Part shown: piece by piece, positions 1 through 8,556 of the stretch
Layout: each line of letters opens with the position of its first letter
Position numbering within the stretch: the first letter of the stretch is position 1
Source of the DNA: Nitrospirota bacterium
GTDB taxonomy: Bacteria > Nitrospirota > Leptospirillia > Leptospirillales > Leptospirillaceae
NCBI GenBank assembly: GCA_021826965.1
Contig: JAKAYA010000008.1
Location: 3,060-67,059 of the forward strand
Direction of reading: 5' to 3'
Length of the DNA: 64,000 nucleotides
Program-made: the position numbers and the translations under genes
Notes under the pieces: model-generated
What the model saw: the letters and a program-made list of their open reading frames with translations, nothing else
Told to the model about the DNA's origin: nothing
Databases searched by the model: none

Positions 1-5
1 AGCTC

Positions 6-34
6 TTGAGTCCAGGCGGGGAGCACCGTATAAT
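6..34 (+). promoter_or_regulatory. sigma70-type promoter for trmI
   Basis: TTGAGT (6-11), 17-nt spacer, TATAAT (29-34); the ATG lies 7 nt downstream at 42. Confidence 0.7.
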
Positions 35-41
35 CCCTCCC

Positions 42-872
42 ATGTCCTTTCTTCCCGGAGAACCTCTCATCCTCTACGATTCCCGAGGCCGAAGCCACTA
101 TATCCCGGCCCTTGAACCCAACCGGACCACCAACATCAACGGCGTGCGGATACCCCACGATCTCCTGATTCGGGAAGGACGCGAAGGATCTCCTGTCCCC
201 ATGGACAAAGGGGATGAATATACCATCTTCCGTCCAACCCTCCGGGAAACCCTCACGCACCTGAAACGCCGGACCCAGGTCATTTATCCCAAGGACCAGG
301 GCATGATCCTCATGTGGGGAGACATCCGGCCGGGACTGCGCGTGCTCGAATCCGGGATCGGATCGGGAGCCATGACGGTGTCCCTCTTGCGCATGACAGC
401 GCCGGGCGGCCATGTCACCTCGGTCGAAAAAAGGGAAGAACACGCTGTTCTCGCAATGAACAACCTGGAACGCCTGGTACCCGAACTCCTTTCTTCCCAT
501 CGACTGGTCATCGGGGACATCGGTCAGGACAACCTGCCCGCCTTGCTGGGTTCCGAACCGTTCGACCGGATCCTGCTCGATCTCCCGGAGCCCTGGGCGG
601 CCATCCGGATTCTTCCGGAAATCCTCCGGCCGGGCGGGATCCTTGCCACATGGGTTCCTACCCCCCTCCAGGTACATACGCTTTCCCTCGCCCTCAAGGA
701 CAGCGGGATCTTTCATCTGGTGCAGACGGTCGAAACCATTGTCCGGGACTGGGAGTTCGGCCCCACCTCCGTCCGGCCCGCGCACCGGATCATCGGGCAT
801 ACCGGTTATCTGACAATCGCACGTCTGGGCGAATCCGGGCATCCTTACATCCCCTGGGAACCCCCCTTCTAA
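42..872 (+). CDS. trmI: tRNA (adenine(58)-N1)-methyltransferase, TrmI/GCD14 family
   Basis: RRTQVIYPKD, VLESGIGSG SAM-binding motif, LDLPEPW, RPAHRIIGHTGYL; ATG at 42 preferred over TTG at 6. Confidence 0.9.
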   Translation: MSFLPGEPLILYDSRGRSHYIPALEPNRTTNINGVRIPHDLLIREGREGSPVPMDKGDEYTIFRPTLRETLTHLKRRTQVIYPKDQGMILMWGDIRPGLRVLESGIGSGAMTVSLLRMTAPGGHVTSVEKREEHAVLAMNNLERLVPELLSSHRLVIGDIGQDNLPALLGSEPFDRILLDLPEPWAAIRILPEILRPGGILATWVPTPLQVHTLSLALKDSGIFHLVQTVETIVRDWEFGPTSVRPAHRIIGHTGYLTIARLGESGHPYIPWEPPF

Positions 873-921
873 ACCCGGTCGACCTTTTTGCGCAAAAATT
901 ACGCTTCCTTATGACCAGCCA

Positions 922-1581
922 TCACTTTAACGGGGCATGCCGGAAGATACCCAGTCGATAATGCGAAAGGCCATCTCCCTGGTCCTCTTCGCCGCGCCAG
1001 AGAAGGGTCCAGTCCGGACCCATCGCCCGGGAAAAGCTATCCGGATCGAAAAAAACGTCGTAATGACCCCGATGGCGGACAAACATCTGGCGTCGGCTCT
1101 CGCCCGGATGATGTCGAAACTGTTCCGAAAAGGCTCCCAGCAGCATGAGTCCTCCCGGAACGACCAGACGGGAAATCCATTTCGGATACTGCGCTCTCTC
1201 CGATTTCTTCAGGTGATGAAAGACCCCCCAATCGAGAATGGAGTCAAAAACGTTTTCTCTGAAAGGCACGGCAAAGAGATCTCCCTGAACAAGGGGAACC
1301 TGATTTGTTTCCGTCGCCTTTGCTGTCCGGAGAGGTTCGGAAAGATAATCCATGCCCACGACAGAGCATCCTCCCAGACGCAACGCTTGCAGGTTGCGCC
1401 CCTCCCCGCATCCGATCTCCAGCACTCTGGCTCCGGAAGACAGAAACCCCTGATCCAGGGCCGCCCGGACGAGGAAAGACGCTCCCGTCCTCGGCCAACC
1501 GATCCGATTCGAACGATAGGCCTCCCGAAAGAATATTTTCTGTGATTCGTAGAGATCGCTTCCCGATATCATCTCCGCCAT
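922..1581 (-). CDS. class I SAM-dependent methyltransferase
   Basis: VLEIGCGEG motif I, FDSILDWGVFHH, LVVPGG; GAAGGA RBS before the ATG at 1581. Confidence 0.8.
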   Translation of the reverse strand: MAEMISGSDLYESQKIFFREAYRSNRIGWPRTGASFLVRAALDQGFLSSGARVLEIGCGEGRNLQALRLGGCSVVGMDYLSEPLRTAKATETNQVPLVQGDLFAVPFRENVFDSILDWGVFHHLKKSERAQYPKWISRLVVPGGLMLLGAFSEQFRHHPGESRRQMFVRHRGHYDVFFDPDSFSRAMGPDWTLLWRGEEDQGDGLSHYRLGIFRHAPLK

Positions 1582-1710
1582 TCCTTCATTCTCCCCGCCG
1601 TTGCCGTCGGTGATGAACGGTTCCAGGCTTGAAAAGAAATCTCCCCCGATCCAGAATGAACCCCTGATCAAAGAATGACAAGAACCCCTGTGCCGCTTCA
1701 AGGAGGACCG

Positions 1711-3195
1711 ATGGCTTCCTCACCCCTGCTGTCCCGTGTCCGGGCACCTGAATTCCCTGCGGGAATGGACTGGCTCAACACCTCCGGGCCCTTGTCCCTC
1801 TCAAGACTTCGGGGAAAAATCGTGCTTCTGGATTTCTGGACCTTCTGCTGCATCAATTGCATGCATGTCCTTCCCGATTTGGCCTATCTCGAAGAAAAAT
1901 ATCCCGACAGTCTCACGGTCATCGGGGTCCATTCGGCCAAATTTTCCAATGAAGGAGAAACGGGCCAGATCCGGAAAGCCATCGAGCGTTACGCCATTCG
2001 ACATCCCGTCATCAATGACCGTGAATTCGAAGTCTGGAACGCATATGGGGCTCATGCCTGGCCGACTTTTGCCCTTGTCGATCCCGAGGGATACCTGGTC
2101 GGGATGGCGTCGGGAGAAGGGAAAAGAGCCGTCCTGGACCAGGCCATCGATTCTCTGGTCACCCATCATCGCTCGAAGGGCACTCTTTTCCCCTCCATCC
2201 TGCCTCCGCCGCCTGCGCAGGACAAACCGACTCTTCTTCGTTTTCCCGGGAAACTGGATATCGCGGAAAATACGGTTCTCGTGTCCGATTCAGGAAATCA
2301 TCGCCTCCTCCTCCTGGAATGGGATGAAAAAAATCCGCAAACCGCCACACTGAAAGCGTTCATCGGAAAGGGCCAGCCAGGGAGCGCGGACGGTTCGTTC
2401 GAAGACGCGCAGTTCCGGGATCCCCAGGGCATCCGCTTCTGTCCCGGCGACCCGGGCACCGCAATCGTTGCCGACACCGGCAATCACCTCCTGAGACGTG
2501 TAGACTTCCGGAAACAGACTGTCACGACGATCGCCGGCACGGGTGTCCAGGGATGGGCAATCTTCGAACCCGTTCCCGCGTTGTCCGCGATCCTCAACTC
2601 TCCCTGGGACATCGTCTTCCACGGCGACGGAATGCTGTATGTAGCCATGGCGGGCCCTCACCAGATCGTCCGTCTTGATCCGCTAGGGAAAGAGATCTTG
2701 CCTGTCGCCGGATCGGCGCGGGAGGATCTGGTCGACGGATCCGGGGACCAGGCCTCTCTTGCCCAACCTTCCGGACTGACTTCGGACGGAAAGCGGATCT
2801 ATTTCGCCGACAGCGAAACGAGTTCCATACGGTTGCTCCTCCCGGGAGACACTCCCCGGCAATCCCGGATCGAAACGCTTGTCGGCAAGGGCCTTTTCGA
2901 CTTCGGGAACCGGGACGGTCCGTTCCATGAAGCCCGGCTGCAACACCCTCTGGCAGTCTTGTGGGACGAAGACCTCCTTCTTGTCGCCGATACTTACAAC
3001 CACAGGATACGCGCACTGGACCCGAAAAACCGTGAAGTTCTCTCTCTGACAGAAGGTCATGGACTCGACGAACCGTCGGACATCAAAAAAGGAAAGACGG
3101 TCTATCTCATCACAAACACAAATGTCCACGGGATCGCATATCTGCTGTCGACACCGGAAGGCCCCGTCCTGGGAAACGTCGACATCCTCACCTGA
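1711..3195 (+). CDS. thioredoxin-like domain + NHL-repeat beta-propeller protein (NHLRC2/SOQ1-like)
   Basis: LDFWTFCCINC, GVHSAKF, repeated ADTGNH/ADSETS/ADTYNH NHL blades; AGGAGG RBS at 1701. Confidence 0.85.
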   Translation: MASSPLLSRVRAPEFPAGMDWLNTSGPLSLSRLRGKIVLLDFWTFCCINCMHVLPDLAYLEEKYPDSLTVIGVHSAKFSNEGETGQIRKAIERYAIRHPVINDREFEVWNAYGAHAWPTFALVDPEGYLVGMASGEGKRAVLDQAIDSLVTHHRSKGTLFPSILPPPPAQDKPTLLRFPGKLDIAENTVLVSDSGNHRLLLLEWDEKNPQTATLKAFIGKGQPGSADGSFEDAQFRDPQGIRFCPGDPGTAIVADTGNHLLRRVDFRKQTVTTIAGTGVQGWAIFEPVPALSAILNSPWDIVFHGDGMLYVAMAGPHQIVRLDPLGKEILPVAGSAREDLVDGSGDQASLAQPSGLTSDGKRIYFADSETSSIRLLLPGDTPRQSRIETLVGKGLFDFGNRDGPFHEARLQHPLAVLWDEDLLLVADTYNHRIRALDPKNREVLSLTEGHGLDEPSDIKKGKTVYLITNTNVHGIAYLLSTPEGPVLGNVDILT

Positions 3196-3298
3196 GTCCG
3201 GACAGGATCGATGCCTTTGAAGGGAATTTTTACACCCCGCCGGAGCGTATCGGAAGAAAGTCTCTGGCAAAAAGTCCGGATATGACAAAAGAGGCTTG

Positions 3299-4648
3299 AT
3301 GGCCATTCAGATCAGACACCCGTCACTTCGGAACATGACTCCCATGTTTCGGGAGCTTGACGGCTACCTCGAGGTTCACCGGATCGGTTTCGCATTGTCC
3401 GACCCGGACGGATTCCTGTTTGCGGCCAACGGTCGTTTCATCGAACAAACCGGCGGACTTCCCCTTCAGACAACCCCTCTTCCCGAAATTCTCAGGATCT
3501 TGCGCCAGAGATGGCCGTTCCCGTCGGAGCAGATCCTCGGGGAATGGCTCAGACACCCTCCCCTCCGGCATCCCGGATTCTGGGAAGGGCGGGTGCATCA
3601 GGAAAAGGGTCCAGAAAAAAAAGGACTGGATCTTTTTCGTATCCCTCTGTCGATTTCCCGAAAAGGCATGCTCTATTTGTTCCAGCCGGTACATCCCGGC
3701 GATCCGCCTGGGCTCATCGAACATTTCCGGACCCTGCGGAAAAGTTTTCGCATGATCCTTCTGGATTTTCTGGATTATGCAGTCCTTCTCCCGGCCCTCC
3801 ATTCCTCCGGATCTCCGGATCGTTGCAATTCGGTTCTTCTCTCCACCTCTCCCCGATTCCAGGCGGGATCGGCATTTCTCCGCGTCGAGCCGGACGGGAC
3901 GGACCGGCTCAAGGACCTTTCCGGACCTGTCCTGCGCTCGACATCCTGTCTGGACAATCCTCCCCCTCCCGTCGTCCGCCGGGGATATTTTTCCCGGGAG
4001 GACGATTCCGAACCCCTCCTGTTCCACCTCCCCTTGTTTGCCGAATCCTCATTTTATGGCTGGGCCCGTTTTCCCATCCTCGAAAACATGAGCCGTAAAA
4101 CCCTCATGCGCAGCAAGACTGCGGAAGCGCGCATTCTTTCGGAAACGCTTCACCAAATCCGGATCGACCTCGCATTCGCACCTCTTCTGGAAAAAGATTC
4201 CGATAGCGGTTTTTATTCCGAGCGGGGAATCCGGCAGATTCTTCAGGACCTGATGGCACCGGACGGGACGGGAGAGTCCTTCGCACTTGTCGCGCTGACT
4301 CTCGGATCTCCGGCCGGAGAAGGTCCTCTCGTCGAGATTCTCGAACGATTCAGCCGGAAGACGGACATGGTGGGACGGCTTTCGTGCGGAGAATATGTTC
4401 TTGTCCTGATGGATGCGACTCAGGGGCGAGCCGGAAAGGCGTTGAACAGACTGAAGGAGGTTCTCGAAGTCCAGTCCCGAAAAGATTACAGGATTCGCCT
4501 GCGTCTCGGGATGGCGATTTTTCCGGACACCCCGGCCACCCCGATCCGGATGCTCCGCTCTGCCTTTCAGAAAACAATGACATCGGTCGGCGAACCAGGA
4601 GAGGCGACCGGAGAAAGTTCGCTGTCCTTGTCGGGAGAAATCTCCTAG
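3299..4648 (+). CDS. protein with N-terminal PAS-like region and C-terminal degenerate GGDEF domain
   Basis: DSDSGFYSER (like D-xLTGLxNR), RKTDMVGRLSCGEYVLVL (RxxD kept, GGDEF changed to SCGEY), LGMAIFP. Confidence 0.65.
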   Translation: MAIQIRHPSLRNMTPMFRELDGYLEVHRIGFALSDPDGFLFAANGRFIEQTGGLPLQTTPLPEILRILRQRWPFPSEQILGEWLRHPPLRHPGFWEGRVHQEKGPEKKGLDLFRIPLSISRKGMLYLFQPVHPGDPPGLIEHFRTLRKSFRMILLDFLDYAVLLPALHSSGSPDRCNSVLLSTSPRFQAGSAFLRVEPDGTDRLKDLSGPVLRSTSCLDNPPPPVVRRGYFSREDDSEPLLFHLPLFAESSFYGWARFPILENMSRKTLMRSKTAEARILSETLHQIRIDLAFAPLLEKDSDSGFYSERGIRQILQDLMAPDGTGESFALVALTLGSPAGEGPLVEILERFSRKTDMVGRLSCGEYVLVLMDATQGRAGKALNRLKEVLEVQSRKDYRIRLRLGMAIFPDTPATPIRMLRSAFQKTMTSVGEPGEATGESSLSLSGEIS

Positions 4649-4719
4649 AATGAAGACGACAGGCTTGTCTGATCCGGAAATGCCACCGAAAAGAACAAAA
4701 GGCAGGAGACTGTGACAAC

Positions 4720-4923
4720 ATGAGCGATCCGGGCGATTTCGATCCGATTGATCCGGATTCCCGACAAAGACGCAAAGGAGTTTCACTGATGTGGATCCTT
4801 CTCCCGGTCGGGCTCGTTTTCCTGGCCATGATGGGGACAACGCTCTGGCATTTGTCCCACGGCGATTATGTCGGATTTGCCACTTCTCCGGGAGACAGAA
4901 CCGGGGCTTCCCGTCCCAAGTAA
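4720..4923 (+). CDS. small single-TM hypothetical protein
   Basis: AGGAG RBS upstream; hydrophobic stretch LMWILLPVGLVFLAMMGTTLW. Confidence 0.55.
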   Translation: MSDPGDFDPIDPDSRQRRKGVSLMWILLPVGLVFLAMMGTTLWHLSHGDYVGFATSPGDRTGASRPK

Positions 4924-5022
4924 CGGGGGAGGTCGCTTCTACCAGAAAGTGCCGCAGTGCTCCGCCTGTAACCGCGTAGCGGTTCAGGGGGTGGTGAAGC
5001 GGCGCCATCGCCCAATGGGCGA

Positions 5023-5439
5023 TCATTCCGGCCTTTCCTGCTGTTCGATGTATTGTTTGAGCACGGACAGTGGAGCACCGCCCACGGTCAGGATGCAGTA
5101 ACTGCGGCTCCAGAATACGGGCTTGCTCCAATAATACCGTTTCAGATGGTCGGCAAATTCCTTGCGCAGCAAGCGACTGGTGACCGTTTTGAGATTATTC
5201 ACAAAGGCTGATGACAATACCTTGGGCGTCAGCGCCAGGAGCAGATACACATGATCCGCCTCGCCGTTGAATCCCAGAACCTCGCATTCCCATTTGTCCG
5301 CCGTGTTACGGCAAATAATCTCCAGCCGGTCCAGCATGGGGCCAGTCATGCACTTGCGGCGATATTTCGTGACCAGAACCAAATGATAGTTCAGGTTATA
5401 AACACAATGATGCAGGGTGCTTATGGTTTGCGTCGTCAT
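5023..5439 (-). CDS. tnpA: IS200/IS605 Y1 transposase TnpA (HUH motif altered to HVY)
   Basis: YHLVLVTKYRR, EADHVYLL, FWSRSY, KQYIEQQ with the catalytic Tyr. Confidence 0.93.
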   Translation of the reverse strand: MTTQTISTLHHCVYNLNYHLVLVTKYRRKCMTGPMLDRLEIICRNTADKWECEVLGFNGEADHVYLLLALTPKVLSSAFVNNLKTVTSRLLRKEFADHLKRYYWSKPVFWSRSYCILTVGGAPLSVLKQYIEQQERPE

Positions 5440-5461
5440 GGTAACCGAGTATCATAGAACC

Positions 5462-6742
5462 ATGTTGAATCGCAAAGTCACGTATCGCCTGTATCCCAAC
5501 GCTGCCCAATCGGAGCAGATGGGGGAGATGCTGGGCTTGCACCAACGCTTGTATAACACGGCACTGGAAGAGCGCATCCGCGTGTACAAGGAAACCGGCA
5601 AAGGGCTCTCCTTTGCCGATCAATGCAAGGTGCTCACGCAATGGCGAAAGGCGGTACCCGCTCTGGCCGGACTGAACGCGCAGTCGGAGCAGGTAACGCT
5701 CAAGCGCCTGCACCTGGCCTTTCAGCACTTCTTCCGGCGGGTAAAAAATGGCGAAACGCCGGGGTTCCCCAGATTTAAAAGCATCCATCGTTATCCGGGC
5801 TGGGGGTACAAGACCCACGGTGACGGCTGGAAACTGCATCCCGGCGAGAACGTCGCCCACGGCAAATTGTATCTTCAGGGCCTTGGTCATATACCCATTC
5901 GCGGCAAGGCCAGAACGGCGGGCACTCCCGTGACCTGCGAGATCATTCATAAAGCGGGCCAGTGGTACGCATCCGTAACGTTGGAAATCGAGACCGTACA
6001 GCGTGCGCATGGAACAAAAATAGGCGCTTTTGACTGGGGTTTAACCGAGTTCATGACCATCGCTACCCCGGAGGGCATCGAAACCGTATCCAATCCCCGG
6101 CACCTCAAGACCCAACTGGCGGAACTGAAGCGCTTGGGGCAGACGGTATCCAGAAAGATCCGGATGGCGCAAAGCTTGAGTGGCAGACAGCGGGGATTCC
6201 CCGTATCCGCCAGCTTGCGCAAAGCCATCCGGCACCTGGCCCGGTTGCATGCCAAAGTGGCCCGGCAGCACAAGGACTTTCTGCACCGGACCAGCGCTGG
6301 GCTGGTAAAACGATTCGGTGCTATTGGCACCGAATCATTAGCAGTAAAGAACATGGTGCATGGCGGTGGCACCCATAAAAAAGGCCTCAACCGCGAGATT
6401 CACGCCGCCTCCCCGGCGGTATTCCTCCAGATGACCAGGACCAAAGCGGAAGAGGCTGGGTCGTGGTATGAGGAAGCGCCGACGCGGGAGATCAAGCCGA
6501 CGCAACGCTGTCATGCGTGCTGGAAATTGCCGGACGAGAAGAAAACGCTCTCGGACAGGCAACATCAGTGTCCGCATTGCGGTGTCACCTGTGGCCGGGA
6601 TGAGAACGCGGCTCTGGTGCTGTTGCGTTGGCTGGAAATGAGATTAGCCGGTGCGTCCGGCTCCGGGCGGGAACCGTCCGAGGTGTGGAGCGGTGGACGT
6701 TTCGCCGCGATGAAGCACGAAACTCCCGCCATAGCCATCTAG
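5462..6742 (+). CDS. tnpB: RNA-guided endonuclease TnpB
   Basis: YRLYPN N-terminus, GFPRFK, RuvC D (AFDWG), E (GTESL), D (RDENAA), Zn finger CHAC..CPHC. Confidence 0.95.
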   Translation: MLNRKVTYRLYPNAAQSEQMGEMLGLHQRLYNTALEERIRVYKETGKGLSFADQCKVLTQWRKAVPALAGLNAQSEQVTLKRLHLAFQHFFRRVKNGETPGFPRFKSIHRYPGWGYKTHGDGWKLHPGENVAHGKLYLQGLGHIPIRGKARTAGTPVTCEIIHKAGQWYASVTLEIETVQRAHGTKIGAFDWGLTEFMTIATPEGIETVSNPRHLKTQLAELKRLGQTVSRKIRMAQSLSGRQRGFPVSASLRKAIRHLARLHAKVARQHKDFLHRTSAGLVKRFGAIGTESLAVKNMVHGGGTHKKGLNREIHAASPAVFLQMTRTKAEEAGSWYEEAPTREIKPTQRCHACWKLPDEKKTLSDRQHQCPHCGVTCGRDENAALVLLRWLEMRLAGASGSGREPSEVWSGGRFAAMKHETPAIAI

Positions 6743-6782
6743 GCTTGGCGGGAGCAGTTCATTGCGTCACAGAAGCGATGCG
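6620..6782 (+). ncRNA. putative TnpB omegaRNA/reRNA (right-end scaffold plus flanking guide)
   Basis: TnpB guide RNAs are known to derive from the IS right end; a hairpin at 6723-6754 overlaps the tnpB 3' end; the 5' boundary is approximate. Confidence 0.5.
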
Positions 6783-7631
6783 GGCCAGAAAATCCGGACT
6801 GAAATCTGCCGACATCACTTCGGATACCGGCCCTTCCATCCGAATTTCCTGTTCGGGGGAAATATCGATGAAGAGCGTTCCACCCGGCATTCGAACCCGG
6901 ACAGGGCTTTTCACTTTCCCCAGCATCACCGAGACGGCCGCCGCGGCGCAGGAACTTGATCCCGATGCCAGAGTCCACCCTGCCCCCCGCTCCCAGATGC
7001 GTATTTCAATTTCGGAAGGTCCGGTGACGCGCACCATTTGCGTGTTAATCCGTTTCGGAAACAAGGGGTGGTTTTCAATCCTGGGACCCCATTCCCGCAT
7101 CTGTTTCTCGTCGATCTCGTCACGGAAAAAGACGAAATGGGGATTGCCGACCGATATCGCCGTTCCCTTGATCCGGACATCGGGAGCCAATTCGAGAAGT
7201 TCTTCGACAAACGGTCTTGACTGGCCGGAAAGCCCGACAGCCTCCGGATCCACCGTGGCCCTTCCCATATCGACCTTCACCCGGTCGACTCGGTTCGACT
7301 TGTCCGGATACACTTCGGCCGTGACCATCCCTCCGAGGGTCTGAATGCGGAAGATCCTTCCGGCCGCGTATCCATATTCGAAGAGGAACTTGGCGAAAAT
7401 GCGCAGACCGTTCCCGCTTTTCTCGGCTTCGCTCCCGTCGGGATTGAAAATCCGGAGGCCGAACGGTTCCTTCGCCTGAGTCAACAGAAGAATCCCGTCC
7501 GAGCCTGCCCCGAAGTTGCGGTCACACACCAGGCGAATCCGCTCCGGTGTCATCTCTCCGGGGAAGCGGGTCATGACAAGGTAATCGTTCCCGAGACCAT
7601 GCGACTTGACGAAATCCCTGGTCAATGGCAT
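6759..7631 (-). CDS. dapF: diaminopimelate epimerase (DapF fold), Ser/Ser active-site variant
   Basis: KSHGLGNDY, IFNPDGSEAEKSGNG, SVGNPHFV, WERGAGWTLASGSS. Confidence 0.85.
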   Translation of the reverse strand: MPLTRDFVKSHGLGNDYLVMTRFPGEMTPERIRLVCDRNFGAGSDGILLLTQAKEPFGLRIFNPDGSEAEKSGNGLRIFAKFLFEYGYAAGRIFRIQTLGGMVTAEVYPDKSNRVDRVKVDMGRATVDPEAVGLSGQSRPFVEELLELAPDVRIKGTAISVGNPHFVFFRDEIDEKQMREWGPRIENHPLFPKRINTQMVRVTGPSEIEIRIWERGAGWTLASGSSSCAAAAVSVMLGKVKSPVRVRMPGGTLFIDISPEQEIRMEGPVSEVMSADFSPDFLARIASVTQ

Positions 7632-7686
7632 GACGTATTTTCCTCCCCTGCATCATCGCGTTCAGACATTGGTATCTTGAAGTCTT

Positions 7687-8556
7687 TCACTGATTTTCCG
7701 TATTTTGAATCGATTTCGCCTGTTTCGCTTCGCTGGCCATCGTCAGATCCTTTCGGGCCCGCGCCCATGCGGGATCAACGGCCAGCGTTTTCCGGAAAAG
7801 CGCGACAGCACCGCGCACGTCGTTTTTCCGGAACTTTCTTTCCCCTTCCCGGGTCCAGTCTTCAAGCATCCGGGAAATCGAATGACTCACCGTCGTCGCC
7901 CGGGCGTTCCGGGGATCGAAAACCAGAGATTCCCGGGCAGAAAGAAGAGCCTTGTGATATTTCCCGCCGGCGTATTGCGTTTCGGAGAGACGGGCCCAGG
8001 CCCAGGCCAGCGTCTGGTCGAGGTCCGGATCCGCCGGATCTTTTGTCTTCAAAACCATCAGCCGACGAATCATCGATTTCCAGTCGGGACTCATGGAACT
8101 TTTTACGGTGATCCGAATCCGGATCACTTTTTCTTCGTTGGCCAGGGAGGACCAGCCAGGCTCTTCCGCACGCGCTTGGCGGATCATCCGAAGAGCCTCA
8201 TGATAACGGCCGAGCCTTTCCAGTTGCGTGGCCTGTCCGGTGTCATAAAGGGCGAACGCGCGGGCAACCTTTTCGTTGGCCCGGGCCAAAAGATTTTTCT
8301 GTTCCGGCGTGAGATACGGGTAACGTTGCCAAACTGCCACCAGATGTCGGGCGTCGTTGAGATGTCCCTGCCGGAGGTCGGAATCGACCCTGTCCATCGC
8401 AAGATGAAACCGGTGGGTGTTCCGGGAATCCTCCGACGGAACGGAAGTCGGAGGAAACAGGCCGCTGCACCCGGAACCGAGGAGAAAAATCAGGACGACC
8501 GTCAGCATCGCCCGCCGGGATCCTCTCGAACGGCATTGCTTCAAGCGATCAGGCAT
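7687..8556 (-). CDS. TPR-repeat putative lipoprotein
   Basis: hydrophobic signal ending LLGSGC, helical TPR-like repeats (AVALFRKTLAVDP); GGAGG RBS. Confidence 0.65.
   Translation of the reverse strand: MPDRLKQCRSRGSRRAMLTVVLIFLLGSGCSGLFPPTSVPSEDSRNTHRFHLAMDRVDSDLRQGHLNDARHLVAVWQRYPYLTPEQKNLLARANEKVARAFALYDTGQATQLERLGRYHEALRMIRQARAEEPGWSSLANEEKVIRIRITVKSSMSPDWKSMIRRLMVLKTKDPADPDLDQTLAWAWARLSETQYAGGKYHKALLSARESLVFDPRNARATTVSHSISRMLEDWTREGERKFRKNDVRGAVALFRKTLAVDPAWARARKDLTMASEAKQAKSIQNTENQ

Larger units (their letters stand above)
4943..6762 (+). mobile_element. IS200/IS605-family insertion sequence (divergent tnpA and tnpB)
   Basis: Y1 transposase plus TnpB; left-end stem-loop at about 4950-5003 after a CTAC target (4939-4942); right-end hairpin CTCCCGCCA..TGGCGGGAG (6723-6754) followed by CAGTTCAT; ends inferred from the reconstructed empty site. 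Confidence 0.85.
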
